Assembly: GCA_900544305.1 (NCBI GenBank)
Contig: UQUV01000009.1
Location: 4,612 to 68,611, forward strand
DNA from: an uncultured Porphyromonadaceae bacterium
GTDB taxonomy: Bacteria; Bacteroidota; Bacteroidia; Bacteroidales; Muribaculaceae
Direction of reading: 5' to 3'
Length of the DNA stretch: 64,000 nucleotides
Part shown: one piece after another, positions 59,338-64,000 of the stretch
How the letters are laid out: every line of letters begins with the position of its first letter
How positions within the stretch are numbered: position 1 is the stretch's first letter
Position numbers and translations under genes: made by a program
The notes under the pieces: model-generated
Database searches by the model: none
The model's input: only the letters and a program-made list of their open reading frames with translations
Told to the model about the DNA's origin: nothing

Positions 59338-60372
59338 ATGTTTTTCACAGCAATCCACAAGATGATGACGGAAAGCGTGGACCTCACGATCGTCATCCGC
59401 AAGACAAACGGCCAACTGACCGTTTCCACATTACCCAAGTCGAACGGACTCAAGGACGAGGCCCAGAACCACATCGTGCCGCTGACTGTCACGGGAACGC
59501 CGCAGGAACTTGACTCGGGATTCCTGCAGGCAGTCACAAGACCGATACAGAAAGCCTGCGGGCTGATCTCAAACATGGCACAGTTCGAGGCTCAGGCGGA
59601 CAAGGCCGCCGCCAGCAGCAAGGCCGCCAAGGAAGCGAAATCCAAGGAAACGAAGGAGGAGCGCGAGAAACGGGAAAAGTACGAGAAACTGATGAAGAAG
59701 GCGGAAGAACTGACAGCCGCCAAGAATCACAGGGAGGTCATCAATGTGCTCGGACAGGCGAAAGCGTATGCGACAGCCGCCCAGCTGAAGGAAATCGAGG
59801 AGAAGATAAAGGCGGCCGACACGGAAATGAACCGGGGAAGCCTCTTCGACCTGATGGAACAGGAAGCACAACCGGAATCTTCGGTACAGCAGCAACAGCC
59901 ACACTCCCAGCAGCCGACATACACGCAGGCACCGGAACAGAGAAATCCGCAACCGCAACGTCCGCAACAGTCGGCACCGCAGCAGACATACACGCGGAGA
60001 CCGTCACAGCCGATGCCGGGACAGGCTCAGCCCGCACCGCAGAGACCACAACAGGCATACACGCAGCATCCGCAACAACCGGGAATATGGCCGTCGCAAC
60101 AACAGCCGCCACAACCGCAGGCAAGACCGCAGATACAGCCGCACGCGCAATACGTACAGCGGACAGGCGGACAGCAGCCTTCCCAAACTCAATATCCGCC
60201 GCAGCCTGAAATACAGGACTGGCAGGAAGAACGGTTCATGCAGGAGGACGAACAGCAACCGTACCTCTCCGATCAGGAACATCCCGCATACAGTGAGAAG
60301 GACTACGAGGAATACATCGATTTCCCGCAGTCCATGCTGGAACCCAAGTATTCACCTTATCAGACAGTTTAA
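59338..60372 (+). CDS. PRTRC system protein E-like (Gln/Pro-rich low-complexity centre)
   Basis: 344 aa. Central QQQQPHSQQPTYTQAPEQRNPQPQRPQQ... low-complexity region as I recall for PRTRC protein E. Gene context with a ThiF-family gene. Confidence 0.55.
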   Translation: MFFTAIHKMMTESVDLTIVIRKTNGQLTVSTLPKSNGLKDEAQNHIVPLTVTGTPQELDSGFLQAVTRPIQKACGLISNMAQFEAQADKAAASSKAAKEAKSKETKEEREKREKYEKLMKKAEELTAAKNHREVINVLGQAKAYATAAQLKEIEEKIKAADTEMNRGSLFDLMEQEAQPESSVQQQQPHSQQPTYTQAPEQRNPQPQRPQQSAPQQTYTRRPSQPMPGQAQPAPQRPQQAYTQHPQQPGIWPSQQQPPQPQARPQIQPHAQYVQRTGGQQPSQTQYPPQPEIQDWQEERFMQEDEQQPYLSDQEHPAYSEKDYEEYIDFPQSMLEPKYSPYQTV

Positions 60373-60375
60373 GAC

Positions 60376-60597
60376 ATGGCACTCGAAATCAAAGGAATGA
60401 CACGCTCATTCAAATTCAAGAAAGGAACGGAGTATATAACCCTTCATGACCCGGATCCGAACATCTCGCCGGACATGGTCATGAGCTACTATTCGAACAT
60501 GTACCCGGAACTGACGACGGCTACCGTTCACGGACCGGTCATCAGGGAGGATATGACAGAATATGAGTTCAAGACAACTATCGGAACAAAAGGATAA
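60376..60597 (+). CDS. PRTRC system protein C-like (small ubiquitin-like partner of the ThiF protein)
   Basis: 73 aa ending in Gly (..IGTKG), ubiquitin-like size, next to the ThiF-family gene. Assignment by context. Confidence 0.45.
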   Translation: MALEIKGMTRSFKFKKGTEYITLHDPDPNISPDMVMSYYSNMYPELTTATVHGPVIREDMTEYEFKTTIGTKG

Positions 60598-61717
60598 AGG
60601 ATATGGCAAAGGACAACAGAAAAAAGAAGAAATCATGTGTACCATTGGACGGATATCAGGCGGAACAGCTCGCGAGACTTATCATTGCGGAAACCGAAAG
60701 GAAGGTGCATTACGGCACGGAAAGGAAGAAACGGATTGCGGCACCCAGCGGTGCCGTAATTCTTTTCTGAACGCTACATTCTTGCCGATATCCCCATCGG
60801 AACTGTTCACGGACGGTACTGACGGGAAGCCGCACAATCTTATCACGCAGGAAAACTATGGGTACCTGCGTGATTCCTTTTTCAGATATGCACTCCTCAT
60901 GAAGAAGGAGGCGGTACATACACCGGGACGAACGCCCGGCGAAAGTATTGCCAGACTGCACGAAGAGATGTGTAACCTTGTAGGCAATGACATGAATGTC
61001 AACATTGAGCAGGACGAAGAAAGACTCCTGTTCCGTCTCTGGAAATGTCATGAATGGGGAGAACTCACGTTGTATTACTTCCCGACGAAGTTCATGGAAA
61101 GGCTCGGACCGGAACTGAGACGCATATCCGTCACCTTCATCCACAACCTGATGCAGGCGAACGGGATAAACACTGTACTGGACGAGGATGACATGGACTA
61201 TGCCCTGACACTGATGTCTGAGGATGATTCGGGTGAAACGGCATCTGACCGGAAAAAGAGGCGGCGGCTCCTGCACTCCTATGAGGAAGGCAGGATACAT
61301 GCCCTGTTACGCCGGGTGGAACGCAAATCCTATTACAAGAATCTGCCGAAGGCAATCGACCGATATAAGCCGAAGGACGGGTACGAACAGTCACTGCTCT
61401 CTGTCATGAAGGAGGGACTGGAGTTCCTTACACCTGAACACGGCATCATGGAATACGGCTACGATCCCTTCTACGAGGAAGAACCGGACTTTTTGCCCAT
61501 GTACCTCAGCAAGCAGATCCGGGTCATCTATGACTGCACCGACATGATAACGGAATATCTCACCGACTATTACAACTCCTACAGTCAGGAGACATACGAC
61601 ATCATTCCGGTCACCACCTGTGACCTGTCTCCGGAAATGGAGGAACTGTTCCGCATGGACGACTATCCGGAACGCTTCTTCAAATGGGCGGAAAAATTCA
61701 TCAACATCACAGTATAA
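60563..61717 (+). CDS. PRTRC-associated protein (F-like), probably frameshifted near 60760-60770
   Basis: A plausible N-terminus, MAKDNRKKKKSCVPLDGYQAEQLARLIIAETERKVHYG... (60603-60770, different frame), runs into a stop at a CTTTTC tract. The long frame's first 70 codons are low-complexity, but from NATFLPISPSELF onward it looks genuinely coding. Confidence 0.45.
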   Translation: MSSRQLSEQKDKGYGKGQQKKEEIMCTIGRISGGTARETYHCGNRKEGALRHGKEETDCGTQRCRNSFLNATFLPISPSELFTDGTDGKPHNLITQENYGYLRDSFFRYALLMKKEAVHTPGRTPGESIARLHEEMCNLVGNDMNVNIEQDEERLLFRLWKCHEWGELTLYYFPTKFMERLGPELRRISVTFIHNLMQANGINTVLDEDDMDYALTLMSEDDSGETASDRKKRRRLLHSYEEGRIHALLRRVERKSYYKNLPKAIDRYKPKDGYEQSLLSVMKEGLEFLTPEHGIMEYGYDPFYEEEPDFLPMYLSKQIRVIYDCTDMITEYLTDYYNSYSQETYDIIPVTTCDLSPEMEELFRMDDYPERFFKWAEKFINITV

Positions 61718-61733
61718 ACCAATCTGAAAGCAT

Positions 61734-62435
61734 ATGATAGACAGCAACGAACTGACCAGAAAAATCAAGACGCCGCTCAACCCCAAGGCGGCACTGATAG
61801 CCTATGCCTCGGAGAATGACAGGAACTTTTTCCTTGAAATCCGTGAAATTGACGACCGGGGAAGCATGACGGAAGGAAGACCGGTAACCCTGGAATTCAT
61901 GAACACGCTTGTGAAGGGATACTCGGAAAGACACAGCACCACTCCATACGGGAAGATACCCGACAACCTGTTGTATTGCGACCCGCGCAAGGGAAGCGAG
62001 AGATACGTGTGGTACAACCCTCCGCACAAGAGGATGATGTTCTTCAGCCCCGCGCTCAAAATAGAAAACGCGGAATATTACCTGCCGGGAGTGATCTATG
62101 AGGCCGGAGAACACGGAATGAGAATCTATGCCTACAAGGAAAATGTTCCCGGACCGGATACCGTGCTGTATGCCGCGCCATTCTTCAACGTGACAGGTTC
62201 CAGCGTATGTCTGGGAAACGCCAGGATAGAGCTGCCGAAGGACCTGACCTATGAGAAGCTGCTGCAGTACTGGGAAAGGAAATTCTGGCTGACGGAATTC
62301 TCCCACCTGGGAGGGAACGGGAACCCGACAAAATCAAACCTCGTGCTGGTGACAAAGGCGGCACGGGACAGGGACTTCAACCTCGACGAACTGAAACCGC
62401 TGAACAACATGAAACTTAAAGACATACTGAAATGA
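61734..62435 (+). CDS. PRTRC system protein B-like
   Basis: 233 aa, immediately upstream of and overlapping (ATGA) the ThiF-family gene. Confidence 0.5.
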   Translation: MIDSNELTRKIKTPLNPKAALIAYASENDRNFFLEIREIDDRGSMTEGRPVTLEFMNTLVKGYSERHSTTPYGKIPDNLLYCDPRKGSERYVWYNPPHKRMMFFSPALKIENAEYYLPGVIYEAGEHGMRIYAYKENVPGPDTVLYAAPFFNVTGSSVCLGNARIELPKDLTYEKLLQYWERKFWLTEFSHLGGNGNPTKSNLVLVTKAARDRDFNLDELKPLNNMKLKDILK

Positions 62436-63220
62436 AAAGAGTACACTACATCGACAACTATCTCATAAACCCGCAGCATCCGGTAACGGTAAACCTTATC
62501 GGAGCAGGAGGAACAGGCTCGCAGGTGCTTACCTGCCTGGCCAGGCTTGACACGGCACTGAGGGGACTGGGACATCCCGGACTGTTCATAACTGTGTATG
62601 ATTCCGACATCGTAACGGAGGCCAATATCGGGCGGCAGCTCTTCAGCCCCTCGGACATCGGCCTGAACAAGGCACAGTGTCTTGTCACACGCATGAACAA
62701 CTTCTTCGGCAACGACTGGAAGGCGGTACCGGACATCTATCCGGCAGCTCTGAAGGACGCCAGACGGGACAATCTGGCCAACATAACGATTACCTGCACG
62801 GACAACATAAAGTCCCGTCTCGATCTGTGGAACATACTGAAAGCCGTGCCGGTTTCAGAATACAGAAGCTACGAGACCCCCCTGTACTGGATGGACTTCG
62901 GCAACACGCAGGATACGGGACAGGTCATCCTCGGAACCGTACCGAAGAAAATCAGACAACCGGCATCCAAGCTGTACGAAACGGTAGAATCGCTGAAGGT
63001 GATCACACGATATGTCAAATACGCGAGAGTGAAGGAAAAGGATTCCGGACCGAGCTGCTCACTGGCGGAGGCCCTGGAAAAGCAGGACCTGTTCATCAAC
63101 TCCACATTGGCACAGCTCGGCTGCAACATCCTGTGGAAAATGTTCCGCAACGGTATGATCGAGTATCACGGGCTGTACCTGAACCTCTCAACCTTGAAAA
63201 TGAATCCGATACCTGTCTGA
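62432..63220 (+). CDS. PRTRC system ThiF-family (E1-like) protein
   Basis: Rossmann nucleotide-binding loop VNLIGAGGTGSQV near the N-terminus. 262 aa. Confidence 0.75.
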   Translation: MKRVHYIDNYLINPQHPVTVNLIGAGGTGSQVLTCLARLDTALRGLGHPGLFITVYDSDIVTEANIGRQLFSPSDIGLNKAQCLVTRMNNFFGNDWKAVPDIYPAALKDARRDNLANITITCTDNIKSRLDLWNILKAVPVSEYRSYETPLYWMDFGNTQDTGQVILGTVPKKIRQPASKLYETVESLKVITRYVKYARVKEKDSGPSCSLAEALEKQDLFINSTLAQLGCNILWKMFRNGMIEYHGLYLNLSTLKMNPIPV

Positions 63221-63710
63221 ACGCGGCTTTATGGCCTATAACATGTTAAAACTTGTTTGAAATCAAGACAAACATATATTAACTTCATTGCAGTTAGAGA
63301 CAAATGTATATATTTGTATTTTGGAATATTATACAATAGGACAGCGTATTGTCTTGCCGGAACTTCCGTAATTCAGGCAAACGAAAACAGGGTCATCCGC
63401 GTTTCCACACGGGACTATAACAGGGGGCCTTATTTTTTCCTGCATCGGGAAATACGGAGAAACAGAAATATGGACTGACTGTAAAAGATAGAATATGGAC
63501 AAGATATTGGATACCCGAACCAGAGAATCTTCTGCCGAAAGCTGCCGGCAGAAAGGAGAATCATGCGGGCAAACCGTCGCCCGCCAAGGTTATAACAGGC
63601 CGGAGTGCATTCTGTGTACGACGGGATAGCACGTCGGGGTGACATCCAAATTACTCACGTCCCGGAAGACTGCGCCCCACAACCTTCCGGGATTTTTTAT
63701 CATAAGGCGT

Positions 63711-64000
63711 ATGAGGAAGCTAAGTGGAATTTCATTGCAGACAAAAATCATAGCTGGTTATCTGATATTGCTGGCAGTCATCGGAAGCATGATTGCCATA
63801 CTGCTCCATGAGCGCAAAAAAATGCATGACATAGCAAACGGAACCGCAGAAATACGTGAGATCCGGAATGAAGTCAACGCCATACGCCGACACATCGTTG
63901 GAATCGCATTGCTGGGGGAATCCGCCATCGGATGGGACAGTGAGGACTTCTCGGCATACCGGAACAGGCGCCTGCACATAGACAGCCTGCTGGAACGGAT
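63711..64000 (+). CDS. Membrane-anchored sensor histidine kinase, N-terminal fragment (RteA-like); continues beyond the window end
   Basis: MRKLSGISLQTKIIAGYLILLAVIGSMIAILLHERKKMHDIANGTAEIREIRNEVNAIRRHIVG... is a TM helix plus coiled-coil region typical of Bacteroides hybrid sensor kinases. The frame is open to position 64000. Confidence 0.45.
   Translation, partial: MRKLSGISLQTKIIAGYLILLAVIGSMIAILLHERKKMHDIANGTAEIREIRNEVNAIRRHIVGIALLGESAIGWDSEDFSAYRNRRLHIDSLLER

Larger units (their letters stand above)
12300..64000. mobile_element. CTnDOT-family conjugative transposon (ICE); the left junction lies somewhere in 12.1-12.7 kb and the element continues beyond the window end. Integrase is not in the window.
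   Basis: Complete traA...traQ-type gene set, oriT-like region, mobA/mobB relaxase/mobC coupling protein, Exc-like topoisomerase III, PRTRC cassette, RteA-like kinase start. Cargo of hypothetical genes, a methylase-helicase and an ArdA-like gene. Abrupt switch from core metabolic genes at about 12 kb. Confidence 0.75.

Noticed and set aside
63257-63478. 73-aa ORF upstream of the sensor kinase
   Set aside because: Low-complexity sequence inside a 490-bp leader region. More likely regulatory (it contains the TCTGCCG...CGGCAGA inverted repeat) than coding.
1-64000. CRISPR arrays, rRNA and tRNA genes
   Set aside because: No regularly spaced short direct repeats with unique spacers. No tRNA cloverleaf-like or T-loop GGTTCGAATCC-type sequences. 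The GGTTCGGGATA in the 83-bp repeats lacks acceptor/anticodon arms.

Overview
This looks like Bacteroidales (Bacteroides-type) DNA. Positions 1-11.9 kb are core chromosome on the minus strand: a partial sprA/sov-like surface protein, ruvA, pflA, pflB, pyruvate:ferredoxin oxidoreductase and a WecA-like initiating glycosyltransferase. From about 12.3 kb to the window end there is a large CTnDOT-family conjugative transposon (ICE). It carries a traQ-to-traE and traA-led transfer region on the minus strand (28.0-42.0 kb), a lysozyme, an AT-rich oriT region (42.0-42.6 kb), and mobA/mobB (relaxase)/mobC (coupling protein) on the plus strand. It also carries a DUF3945-repeat protein plus an Exc-like topoisomerase III, a PRTRC cassette (E, C, F-like, B, ThiF) and the start of an RteA-like sensor kinase. 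Cargo includes a frameshifted N6-adenine methyltransferase-SNF2 helicase gene. Further cargo is a 13-gene co-directional operon of small proteins (an ArdA-like acidic protein, a J-domain protein and others) and a DUF1848-like Fe-S protein. A 5.6-kb AT-rich sub-island (47.7-53.3 kb) holds small lipoprotein and membrane genes that look like immunity proteins, a SUKH/SMI1-KNR4-like protein and a TPR-TM-LuxR regulator. The most striking unannotated signal is a family of six long imperfect-palindrome elements of about 140-190 nt, all in one orientation. Each sits roughly 25-35 nt upstream of the first ATG of a plus-strand cargo gene block. I interpret these as candidate hairpin promoters (ssDNA-promoter-like) or structured leader RNAs that drive establishment and anti-defence genes of the ICE. 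Every functional call rests on motifs read by eye from the translations, with no database search.
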